From Microbotryum violaceum (lineage: Eukaryota), in contig CDLV01000004.1 of NCBI GenBank assembly GCA_001244265.2, positions 2,046,001-2,110,000 of the forward strand: a stretch of 64,000 nt of DNA, written 5' to 3'. Of the stretch, positions 26,833 through 38,545 are shown in pieces. Under the pieces are notes generated by a model that did not search any database, was not told the DNA's origin, and worked only from the letters and a program-made list of their open reading frames with translations. Position 1 is the first letter of the stretch. Every line of letters begins with the position of its first letter. Made by a program: the position numbers and the translations under genes.

Positions 26833-29006
26833 CACCGCGGCCGCAAAGGCTGTTTTTACGCTAGCTGTACGGCACGCGTAGGGTCACCGCAAACCGGCGC
26901 CCCTACGGACTTGATAACCCAATATCCATACGGATACTAGAACGACCGCCTAAGGCAGCCGTAAAATAGCTTTGCTCTTACAGGAGCTCTACAAAACCGC
27001 CTTACATAAATTGCAACACCTCCGTAGAGAAGACATACCGCGGGTCCTGCCATAGGAAATCCATAAAGTTCACGCGCGCATGTGTATGCGGCGTAAAGCG
27101 GTCCTCAAGCGACTTTATCCGAACCACAGACCGTGTTTTAAGCGGCTGTTTAGCCAGTCTTATCTTTGCAGCCCCTGATCTGTTGTCATTATAAACCTAT
27201 GTTACACTCATATACTACAGTCAAGTGAAGAGAGACTCTGCAAAGTCGCAAGCCCGTTGGGCTGTGATCCTCATCTCGTCACTGGTTCCCCGCCTAGAAA
27301 CCCCTGGCCCTCGATACTCGCTACTTCCACGCTGTTCTGTACTCGATTGGTGACTCGTACCTGCATAGCTTCTGAGTAAAAAGGACCAGAGCCTTCTCTA
27401 CGACGCCTACGCAGTATGGCCACGACGGGACCCTGATAGTGAGTGGCCGAGAACTCGTGCCAGAGCGCTACGGTTTGCTTCGCCACATTCACATTTCTGC
27501 CAGCGTCGGACGATTTGGGGAGCGATGGGGGCGGCGTAAGGACCTGCATGGCATACCGAACCTGATCCGTCATAGCAAGAATGTAGCGATATGATTGGTA
27601 GTTTAAAATGGACATTGCTGAACAGTTAAGGAACTTACGCGGGCATATGCATGAGTCAAAAGAGCAAATGCAAGCTCGCGATGATCATCGTTGTTCGGGT
27701 CGAGACCTTCCTTTGGCCATTGGAAAGCAGCAGATTTTTTTTTCCTTATGCCGGCGACGATCTGAACAAAGATCTCGTATAGAAGGTTGTTCTGAAAATC
27801 ATCCTCGGCCTCGAAGGAGCAATCGTTCATGTTGACCCCACCCTGAGGGAGAAAGATGTTGTAAGCAGCTTGGTGCCAAAACATACGGCTACAACGCTGA
27901 ATCGCACTCGAAGGAGCTGGTAGCGGGGCTCTGGAAAGGCTTACCGTTCCCGCACCGCAACGTAACTCTTTGCATCTGGCCGCCCATTTCGTAGGTTGGA
28001 GATAGAGTACGGCCTTGGCGGTCGATGCCTCACGTTACCTGTCCGGGTCCAGTTTGTAGGGGACTGGTGCACTCACCTAAAACCTCGAGGCAGTCAGCTG
28101 GCGAAAGCCAAGAGGTTCTAGGCGCGCGCAAGCTATCCAACTAAGCCCCTCCATCACCTTCTTCCGGCTCCCGGGCAAAAGGCCTCGGGCCTTGCACAGG
28201 GTCCCGTCATGGCCATACTGCGTAGGCATCGTAGAGAAGGCTCTGGTCCTTTTTACTCAGAAGCTATGTAGGTACGAGTCACCAATCGAGTACAGAACAG
28301 CGTGGATGTAGCACTCCTCGAGGAGTATCGAGGGCCCGGGGTTTCTAGGCGGGGAACCAGTGACAAGATGAGGATCACAGCCCACCGGGCTTGCGACTTT
28401 GAAGAGTCTCTCTTCACTTGACTGTAGTATATGAGTGTAACATAGGTTTATAATGACAACAGATCAGGGGCTACGAAGATAAGACTGGCTAAACAGCCGC
28501 TTAAAACACGGTCTGTGGTTCGGATAAAGTCGCTTTAGGACCGCTTTACGCCGCATAAGAAGGCTTACGGACCGCTTTGCATATGCAAACAAAGCGCGCC
28601 GTAAGAGTCCCTTATCTAGGGTACACTTAAGCGACACTTAACGCGCGCGCGGCTTAACGAGTGGTTAAGGGCGCTTAAGAGCAGCTCTAGGCCGCTTAAC
28701 GACTGCTTTACGAGGTTTCGCGCGCTTACGCACGTTTGGCCATTTTGCTCTGATGTAGAGCTGCTCTTAAGCGCCCTTAACCACTCGTTAAGCCGCGCGC
28801 GCGTTAAGTGTCGCTTAAGTGTACCCTAGAAAGGGACTCATACGGCGCGCATACGGCGCGCTTTGTTTGCATACGCAAAGCGGTCCGTAAGCCCTCTTAT
28901 GCGCGTATGCATCCTTATGCACATCTTATGCGCCGTTAAGCGTGCGTAATCTCGAGCGAATCCTTAAGCGGGTTCGCGCGCGTGGCCATTTTGCTGATGC
29001 TGATGT
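26833..29006. mobile_element. Fold-back / rearranged DNA-transposon remnant with two inverted-repeat pairs
   Basis: IR 27085..27435 / 28197..28557 (~350 bp) and IR 28552..28689 / 28756..28903; dense CCGTA/TTAAG subterminal-type repeats. Confidence 0.6.
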
Positions 29007-29050
29007 TCCAAGCAAAGGTATGCCAAGTTGTGTAGTGTGGAAGAAAGCGG

Positions 29051-29251
29051 TGAAAGGCACGAGATTGCTCTCGAGCCTCACTGGTTCCGAGTCCAAACTG
29101 AAAGGATCAAACGGTGTAATTCGCAGGCGAAGAAAGACTACTAAAAGGACTAAGGTCAAGAGACGCGGCGGCGCCGCGCGCGAGGGCAAGCGTGAGGCCG
29201 CAGAGGTCGGCTCGAGGTCGTCGTGAGGCGTAAGCGGAGCGGCGCCTTACA
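29051..29251 (-). repeat. Solo LTR family B (201 bp)
   Basis: Copy of 23999..24199; flanks AGCGG/GGCGG (5-bp TSD with one mismatch). Confidence 0.9.
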
Positions 29252-30269
29252 GGCGGCCGCGCGAGTCCGCACGAGTGTCGCGCGTGAGCGCGTGAGCTTG
29301 CGTGTCGCGCATGAACGAGGCTACACGCGCAACCCTCAATCGTGCGGAATTCTCATGTCTACAATCCGTAACGGCGCCATATGGTTGACCATCTTAGAAA
29401 CTCTCCTGGATTCCTTATAGTTTGCAAAACATGACAACATCAATTTGTCAGCAAATGACATGGATGAAACGGTTATACAAGACCTCAGAACATGTATCGG
29501 TTGTCTGTTGTGTTTTCCCATGCACCCGGAATATGGGATTTGGGGAGAAGAGGGTTATAATTCCGGATTTCTTACGGATCCCTAGCCAGCAGATTTCCAC
29601 ATGGGCGGGGACTTTGGCTCTTGTTCTGCCTTCACCGCGACGAGAGTAGTGACGCAACACTGGTGCTCCAATCGAAAATTCTAAATACCAGGAAGGTCAG
29701 TGACAGGGCCAGTCTGTTCAAACGTCCAATCCTATTCTGCCTACTAACCCAACAGCAGAAGCCTGGTCTCAAGGCCAACAGCATGCAGCCCATGAAATAC
29801 GATACCGCAGTGACCTCACCGACTATGGTCGAAAATCTGGCTGCTCGGACCCGGGCGGCTCTTCTCAAGCCACTGCACGGTCTCAATCGTCTCAGGTGGG
29901 CTGCAATCCATGTGTCACCTTCTTGTTTGTTTCTTCTGATCCGATACCCAAGTCTTGTCTACAGGTATTCCACTTCGACCCACGTGCTTGAGGGACCCAC
30001 CGTCGGGGATGCGAACTTCGGCCTGTCAGTGCGTCAGAAAAAAAGGACAGGAAACAGCAATGAGCAGTAGTTTTATAATAGAAGGAGAACTTACATTAAC
30101 CGTTCAAGAAAAAATTATTGACCTTTTTTACGCGCAGCGTGGGCCTTGAAAAGGAGATTGCACCGCCCGTCGCCCCTGTTGCACCCGTCCTCAACCGTCC
30201 AGTGCTGTGCAGTGCCTCACGGGACTTAAATAAGCTCGACGCCCATCCTTTTGGGAATCGCTTGTGAGT

Positions 30270-32830
30270 TATCGGCGCGCCTGGCCCAGTTGCCCATCGA
30301 AATTTTGGCCCTGAAAAGTGCGCCCTTGCTGTAGCATGGCATATATTGGTGCTATCTGAAAACTGGAAGGATACATCTCTACTTCATCATTATTGATGAG
30401 GCTTCACCGAAGCTTGAAGTCTAGAAACGCTTGGTCATCTCGCTACAGCAGCTTGAATCAACTGATTCCGAACGAGACGCAGGTCGGCGCACGGACCAGT
30501 CGTAGCCCGGTCCGCGTCGAAGACTGCATAGATCCAGGTCACTCAAGCCCGGCCGCGCCTCACGCAATCTCTCTCTCCACTCAACATCGCACCTCCCCTC
30601 ATGATGAGCCATGTCGGTACAAACACCCAGGCCGGTTAGGGGACCGCCCCGTCGACGTCCGTCAATTGAGTTCAGGGCGTCTCCTTTGCGATCAGCTTCA
30701 AGGGCCAGTCCTACGACCCCAGCACCGAATCATTCAACCAAACCGACAACCGTTCTCGGTCACTGGAGGCCACGTTTGACTCAGGAGGGCCGACGAGATT
30801 CCAGCGAATTACGCAAGAAGATCAAAGTTATTCTGGGCGAAAGTCTTGACGAGGACTCTACCCCCCGGCCTGTGCTGATCGAAGCCATTGCTGCACTTTT
30901 CGAACTTGATCAATTTGCGAACCGCGATCGATATGACGCTGTGTTCGTCACAGCGTCAACAGGTTCAGGCAAAAGTGTTATTTTCGAAGCAATGTATCTC
31001 ATTTATGGACGCCGGGCCGTCACCATTGTTGTCAGTCCACTGATGCACTGAGCAATCATCAGGTGAGTTTTTCTGCCGACTGGGCTGGCTGGACCGATAT
31101 CCGTGCTGATTTCCGCAGTCACATGCCTCTTTCAGGCTGCCGATCTCAATCGAAAGGGAAAGAAAGCGGTTGTGGTATCTGAGGAGGCCTGGAGAGACGG
31201 CGAGCTGTACAGGCAGTTGGACGACCCCAATCACACGCTCTCCTTCATTCTGATTGTATGTGCCGGTTGACCTCCTGTTTGACATTTGCCCTGGGTCTTG
31301 GGATACATTGGCCTCGTGTTCGGACTGTGACTTAATACGGTCGGACCACTGTTGAGGACAATATTCAGCGCAAGGGTCGAGGAGGGCGTAGTGGGCAGCG
31401 GTGAATTGGGATCACTTTTTTGGAGCCTCGGAAGGACGCACGTAAAAAGGACGCAGCGAGCAATCCGGAGCAAGAAGACACAACTCCAGACGAGATTTCG
31501 ACTTCCGGTATGCATGGCGACCGTCCACGACTCGAGCTACTCACTGAGAACGAACTCTCAATCCGTTTTTTCTACGAGTCGAAGGCGTGCTTGCACGCTC
31601 TGGCCATCGTCCTATACACGTGAGTTGAACCCGTCAGGACGCACGGCCATAGATAATCTAATCCCTCGTACTATTGAAACATGCAGGCAAGGCGAGCTTG
31701 CGGACGATCCTCTCATCGTTGCTGAAATGGAGCGTCAAGGAAACATCACCGGCAGATCTTGCCAGTGTTCTCGATGTGATCCTCAAGGCGCCAAGTACAT
31801 CATCGAACACCTGAGGTACACCACAGAGGAAAGCTACCACGAATTTTCAAGTTACGACGGGGCAACCATCGAAGCAGACAAGATGAGCCAACCCACACAA
31901 AACTCGCAGGTCGAAACTGCCGAGGACGACTTGGAGGACTTTGCCGATGAACGCGCAACGCAGTCAGTCAATCGACAAACGAGAGGGCACAATCCGTGGC
32001 GTATGAAGTCCCAACAACGAGACGAATTTGTCGACAAACTTCTACTCGAGTACAGGCAATATACTCGGGGCCTGAGTTATGGACCGACTGAGAACTGTCT
32101 TCGGCGATTGCATCGAGCCGGGCGTCGATGTAATCGGATGCGAGGACTTCGGGAGCCAAGTCATGGCTAGCGACGAAGGCGCACGTGGTTCGCGTCATCT
32201 TTTTAATGATGATTGAGTCGGCCTGCACGCCAGTAGCTTTATTGGATCCGGAGAATCAATCCGAGAAGTACGAAGTGTTGCCCACCTGCTCGGCGATCCA
32301 GTCATTCGGCTGCTTGACTCTGCGCCATCCTCGCGTGCAAGTCGTAGAATGAGATCACGTGCACACTTGAGGCTGAACCAGTTGCTGTTGAACAGCTTTG
32401 GTTGGTGTGCTTGAACGCCTTCATATCGTGTGGGTGGGCTGATGTGCCACGACAGGTATTGACATAGCGAGAGATCAAGGCTACGAAATTCAGCGAATAG
32501 ATCCGCCTCGCGGCGGTTGTTCTGGCGAGTTGATGAGGCACGGCGTCTGCTTATTCGGGTTATTTTTGGTTTTAGATATTGTCGCGCTTAATGTGGCCGA
32601 CGGATCATCGTGAAAAGAGGAGAACAGCAAAGCGTACGGAAAGGGATCAAGCCGAACGGAGCAGGCTCGCCGATGATGAGAGCGCCAATTACACGATGCG
32701 CTCGGACCATCTGGGGCCCGATCGACCGAAATCGCAGACTTTGAATCGCTGCAGCTCCACCCACAGCTTATGAAAGCTCTCGCCACTTGGGCTATGTCAT
32801 CCCTGAAGCTCGTTAGAGCTGACGGTTTCG
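30270..32830. mobile_element. AcademH-like DNA transposon remnant 1: RecQ-like helicase (+) converging on transposase N-terminus (-), internally deleted
   Basis: TIR-like TATCGGCGCGCCTGG.CCAGTTGCCC is shared with 38546. Helicase motifs TASTGSGKS, VVSPL, GRGGRSG and CQCSRC. Minus-strand 32541..32090 is homologous to 38934..39410. Confidence 0.65.
30611..32090 (+). pseudogene. RecQ-like superfamily 2 helicase, fragmented
   Basis: Walker A TGSGKS, motif Ia VVSPL, motif VI-like GRGGR and a C-terminal Cys cluster; motif II not found. Confidence 0.65.
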
Positions 32831-32991
32831 TTTCGAAAAAGGGGGGGGGGGGGCCCAGCCTCGAAAATGATGCTATTCTGTGATTTTATTGGACGAAATG
32901 GCCGAAATACCCCGCACGCGCGTGGCTGTTGAAGTCCCATAGGAGAGCCCGATTTCAGCGCCCATTGGTGCGAACCACCTGCACAGGGTCT

Positions 32992-33880
32992 ATGAGTCAC
33001 TTGAACGTGGCGATGGCCGTGCTTATAGGGCTAGGTGTGGTCGTATTCGGTTCTTTCCTACTCTGTAGCATCATGTTCGTCACGACTAGGCACCAGTCGG
33101 CGATCGATCGTCGCCTCGTGGCCGTTGAGAACGGTCTGTCCGTCCCTAGCCACTTATCCTCTGTACGTTCCTTGGCGTGTGGGCCTGAGCGTGCTTTACC
33201 TCCCTCTCTGACTCCACCCTTTCCATCATCCACACAATATCGGAATAAACTCTTCATTACACCATCCAACTCAGGACGACCTCTCTGGCCCAACACTGCC
33301 TCACCTGCGACCGCGCGTCGACAACATGGATGCCGCCCCTGAGGTGGACGCCCCATCGTCGACCCCCTATCGGCAAGCCGAGCCCGAACAGCCTTTCCAG
33401 CCTCAACTCCCTTCCGAATACCTCTTCGCCCGTTCCCGACTATACCCATTCCTTTCCTCCTCCCCCTCTGTACTATTTCAAGGCTGCATCCCTATCCCAC
33501 CGAGTTACGACCCGAATAGGAGGCGATTGCCCAGCTACGAAGACGTGATGGGTGCCTCCGCCCCGGCAGAGGTGGTCGTCATCTCGGAGACGGTCGTGAC
33601 GACTCGACGACGATCGGCGGTGATGCTCACGGGGAATCGAGACGAGGTGACGACGACGAGAAGGACGACGATGGTTGAACAAACGGGGGCGGGAGAATCA
33701 GCTCGCACCAGTGGAGAGCTGAGTACGGACGATTATGGGCAGGCGACGGATGATGATGCCGAGTCGGTGAAAAGTGCCGATGCGCCTCCGGGGGTCGACG
33801 ACGAGGACGACGACGACGAGGACCCGATTGGCGAGCTCATCCGCCGAGGGGCTGCGACGGTGATACATCTGGGCTCGTGA
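32992..33880 (+). CDS. Single-pass membrane protein with PY motifs (Rsp5/Nedd4 adaptor-like); intron 33163..33274
   Basis: N-terminal hydrophobic segment; a phase-0 GT..AG intron joins exon 1 in frame to ORF 33326..33880, which contains PPSY and LPSY. Confidence 0.6.
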
Positions 33881-34300
33881 GATTGGGTGAAAAGGAGTCC
33901 ACTTTGTACCTAGTATCACCATTACAAGAGCATACCAATATATGGACCCGTTGTCTATTAAATTTCTTGAGCCCCAGCTTTCGGGGTATGCTACGAGGCA
34001 ATTGCGGTAAAATCTTGCTGCTCACATCATGCCTGACTAGAAGTTGTACCTGCGAGAGACGCTTTTCGCTGATGTAGCTCGGTTTTACCAGTCGAATTTC
34101 GGTGACATGGAAACAAAAATCCGGAACACGAGTCACCCCGAGCAAAAGCTGTGCAGTGAGCGATCGTCGCGAGACTGCTGGGTGGAGCTCCCCTTGCCTT
34201 CTAACCCCATCCTCCCCATCCCGACCACCCCGACTGGACCGCTTTCCAGCGGAGAAAGCTTGCGCCGCTCCTCTCTTCTGCGAACCAAACGCGACAAACG

Positions 34301-35675
34301 ATGCGAGTCGCTCGAACGCTGCTGCAACAGCGACAGCACGGCTCCCCCTTGGCATATGCGACGCAGCTGGTGCGCAAGGCGGACCTCGACTCGCTGTGGT
34401 CGGTGCTCGCGTACCCCCAGAGCGTGCGGCCGGCGTATCTGTGTCTGCGCGCCTTCAACGTCGAGCTTGCGACGATCGACGACCAGGTCTCGAATCCAAT
34501 CGTAGGCAGGATGAGGTATCAGTGGTGGAGGGACACGATCAAGCAGACCTTCGAGGTCAGTTCGACTCGTGATCCGATACGATGCGATGCGATGCGATGC
34601 GTGGATGCTGCGAAGGCGCGATCACGGCGTCAGCGTCAGTAGGGTCGATCACTTATCTGCACCCCTTCACCGATAGCATCGACCACCCAACCATCCCATC
34701 GCCCAGCTATTGCATTCACTGCCCCAGTTCGACCAGCTGTCGGCGTATCACTTGCTACGCATCATCAACGCGCGCGAGCAGCACTTTCTCAACCCCCACT
34801 TCCACTCGCTCCAGGACCTCGCAGAGTACTCGGCCTCGACCCAGTCCTCGTTGCTGTACCTTCTCCTCCAAGCCACGGCCACATCCACAAGCTCAACCCA
34901 TCCCTCTTCACCAGGCGCTTTGTCGACGGGGAAGCGACACGAGAAGCTGTTTGAGCACGTCGGCTATGAACACGACCATGACCACGACCCCACTTCTTCC
35001 TCCGCTCGGACGTCATCCGGCACGAGTACGAAACAGGTCGACGACTTGACCTTGGACCATGCAGCGAGTCACATTGCCGTGACGAACACCATCGCTACTT
35101 TACTCCGGTCGATCCCACACCATGCGCAAAAGAGAATAAATGTCATTCCCACCGAGATTGGTCAGTCGATGAAGAAAGGAGTGCCCACCGTTCGTGACAT
35201 GGACTTCCGCCATTAGTCTGACCGCTCTCATTTCGTGATCCCCTCAGCCTCGAGATACGATGTCAAAGAAGAAGCTCTATTTCGGCAAGGCCCCTCCACA
35301 CCGGGGTTGAAAGAAGCCGTCGCGACCATGGTCGGAATCGCTTATGCCGAGCTGAGGACCGCGAGGAGTTGTTTCAACGACACAACTGGAATACCCAAAA
35401 GGGCCAGACCTGTATTCCTGTCTCTTGTAAGTGCTAACTCGTAGAACGCAACAGATGTATCCCGTGCACCGATGATACGCTGCATCGGCGTGCCCGCGTG
35501 CTGATCTTCTCGCTGTCTTGAAATTTCACACCAGACTCCCGCACGCTCGTGGCTCGATCGACTTGCCAAGGAAGATGGTGACAAAGCCTTTGAGGTCTTC
35601 AATCCTCGCCTCTTGCGCACAGATTGGAAGCTACCTGTCCAAATCTGGCGAGATTCGAGGAGGGCCCTTTTCTGA
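34301..35675 (+). CDS. NDUFAF6: NDUFAF6-like complex I assembly factor (squalene/phytoene synthase fold), multi-exon
   Basis: LRAFNVELA..D.VS....GRMRYQWWRD, HPT, LAEYSASTQSSLLYL, HAASHI...TLLRSIPHH; GT-AG introns. Confidence 0.85.
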
Positions 35676-36051
35676 TCGATTTTCTACACGCGACGTGATG
35701 CCGAAACAGACCTACTAGAGGCGGCGTGATGGTCGTTCGAGTGAGCGAACGTGTAACGATGTTATGTTGTTCCGGTTTCGCATGCATTGCAACAGAGATG
35801 TAATCGAGTATGAAATTCCGCTTGAGGCAGTGAAGACCCACGGAGAGATGGGTGATGAGCAGTGCCTACAGTAGCATTCTAGATATGGAAATAAGACAAC
35901 GGGGGTTCGTGAGTAAGAACGCGATGGTAGCGTTTTAGAAATGGAGATACGACAACGAGGCTCGTGAGTAAGAACGCGACTACAGACTGAATGGATAGCA
36001 CAGCGTGATTGAAGGGAGAAGGGATCGTCCAACAAGTGGAGTCGGGAAGAC

Positions 36052-38221
36052 TCAGTAGCCTGACGAGATTAGACCTGTAATCTCACTCAAGAAGAGAGGC
36101 GAGTAGCGAGTCTGATGCATGAGATCTGTGCCAAACAATAGCGTAGAGAATCAGCTATCGCGTCCACATGTGTCATTTTCCTAACACGAGGGACGAGGTA
36201 CTCACTGCACAATGACCCAACATGGGTCAAGTCTCTATACAGCTTGAGGTGGACTTCGGGCACGCCGACACCTTCGAGCAGAGACCTCAACAATATTGAC
36301 TGGGTATAATGAACCGCGGTGTCCTTGCCTCCCGCGATGATGAGGAATCGAGGTGGTAGACGAGCAGGGTCGACGATTTCCTTCGCGCCGTAGATCAGGT
36401 GAGAGGGACTGTTAGTGCGGGAAAGGGAAGCAGGAGCTTTAGTCAGCGTACCAAGGGTCCGACGTCCGACCCCAAGTGACGTGCTCCACACCTCGACGTA
36501 CCAAGAAAGTAAAGAAGTGCTTGTCGACGGTCCACACACCCTCCTCAACGCCGAGATATCCTCAACACCTTGCTTGGCCTCGAACCTCAATTGCTTGATC
36601 ACGTCAAACACCCCCGCGACGAGGATCATGCCTGCGATGGGAGGCAACCGCGCATGTTCTCCCCAGATAGAACACCTTCGTATCCCGGCTGAAATTTCGA
36701 TCGGGCTCGACCCGTCTGGGGTGGAGAGCTTGCCCAAGGAAGCAGGCGTACGATGGAAGGCGGTGTACTCGTCGCGGGAGCGTACGACGGCGTCTTGCAC
36801 CACGGTGAGCGATGCGAGGTGAGCGCCTGACCCGTAGCCCTTAGAGAGGCAGGATTTGGGTGACGGGTCAGCTCACGCTATAGCAAGGGGGATGTTGCGA
36901 GGGTGGACTGACCAGAATGTACAAGGCATCACCATCCCCGCCAAAGGCCTTGATGAAGTCTCCAACCCATTCCAATGCAAGCCGCAGATCCGTGACCTGT
37001 CAAAAGAAAAGACGTCAATAAGATGCTCTTGACCAGGCTCGGCCTTCAGAGGAAATGCCCCTGAGTGCGGCGTGAACTGACCATCTCGGGTGTTTTGGCT
37101 GGAGACTGCCTCAAGTCAGGAACGACTACGCAGTACCCCAACCGCCTCAGCCTGAGCGCGATCTGAGCCCCGAGAGTCTTGTTCCACAGCGTCCAGTTGG
37201 CGCCGCCGACGAGCACAATGACAGGTGCCTCGACATTGCTGGTGACAGGGTCGTAGCCCTCTGGTCGGTAGATGTCGAGCTTGTTCGCGGTGAACCCCTC
37301 GGCGTAGGGAATGTTCCGCTGGACGTATACACTGCTGTCTTTTCCCGAGAGCACAGTGAAGCGCTTGATCTGGAGGTCGAACCAGAGCGCGATGTAGCCC
37401 GACGCGATCAAGTCCCGCAGGAACTGGAACGAGGCCGATGCGATTTTGAGACACTTGTAGGGCGAGTAGGGGAGGTACGGCAATGGCACCGATGGGGGTG
37501 GGTCATCCTGTGCAAATATGAGATAGAGGATCCAAGGAAGGGCATAGACTATATGTGGTGCAGATTTTCGTCAGCTCGGAACCCGGGTGGGGGGTTTGGT
37601 GACGTGACATGACCGCGCTCGACGACGCAGCCTGGAACTGTCTCGGAGTTGAAACTGACGCGAGAAGACGGCAATCGAGAGCACGGAGGGCAGTGCGATG
37701 AAACAGAGGATGGGGACCTGTAGGTATGGCACCGATCAGATCAATGGGTTCAGTATCACTGCTGGGAGGGTGAGAAGCCAGGCTGGATGGACTCAGGGGC
37801 CGGACTGAGACCGAGCTGAGCGAAGGGGTGACATGGTGACACGTGAAATGGGCGTGCGCCTCACGCCTGTGACGGCTGAACGAGAGCTGCCAGCCTGCGC
37901 ATTGCATAGGTCTCGCGAGTCCAAGCATCTTGAATCGTATGACTCGTCCGTCGACGAGAAACTGCAAGCACTCACGAACGAGAAGACGGCGAGGAATGGC
38001 AGGGCCAAGATGGCGGCGACGAGGGTCGGGATCAGCACCACCAGCAGCGGCGTCGCGAGCCACGATCGAGCGCGTGTGTAAGGCGCTCGGGTGCCGACCG
38101 CAGCAGCAGACGCCATCACACTACCAGCGAAGACGTGACCACGCAAGGCAGTCGTCGCACGATGGCGAGGAGGACGTTTGAGAGAGGCACTGTAGATTGG
38201 TGTCCGGAGCGGACGACGCAT
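36052..38221 (-). CDS. Membrane-anchored alpha/beta hydrolase (ICME/BD-FAE-like), multi-exon
   Basis: N-terminal TM; KLDIYRP, PVIVLVGG, GYCVVVPDLR, LYILGYGSGAHL, GGKDTAV, LTH. Confidence 0.8.
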
Positions 38222-38545
38222 GAGCGTGGATTTCGAGCCTGTGGGCCTTTCGATCTTTTTTTATTTCTAATTTGATAGACTTCATTAACAGCATAATTAT
38301 ATTAATACCTAGGAATCTTCGGAAAAGTCGGAGGGAATGCTGTTACGCACGCTGGCAGGAGCCAGTAGTGTAGGACTCATTGACCCTGAACCAGGATCAA
38401 TCGGGGCCAGTCTCGAGAAAGCCGGGTTAGGTGGTAGCTCAATTGCGCATTAGGCGCAGCTCCGTCGGCGCTCACTTCCAATTAACCCAAGTCTCGACAG
38501 GTCCTAAGCTCAACTAAGCCCTCCCTCTGGGAGGGGCTTAGGACT

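Noticed and set aside
29007-30214. CACTA/CACTG-like right ends at 29037 and 30214
   Set aside because: No matching left ends or TSDs; 5-7-bp motifs can occur by chance.
32841-32853. G13 run (also a G-run at ~63952)
   Set aside because: Simple homopolymers with no supporting structure.
38514-38541. GC-rich hairpin resembling a Helitron 3' hairpin
   Set aside because: No CTRR end or associated RepHel; cut off by the Academ-like terminus.
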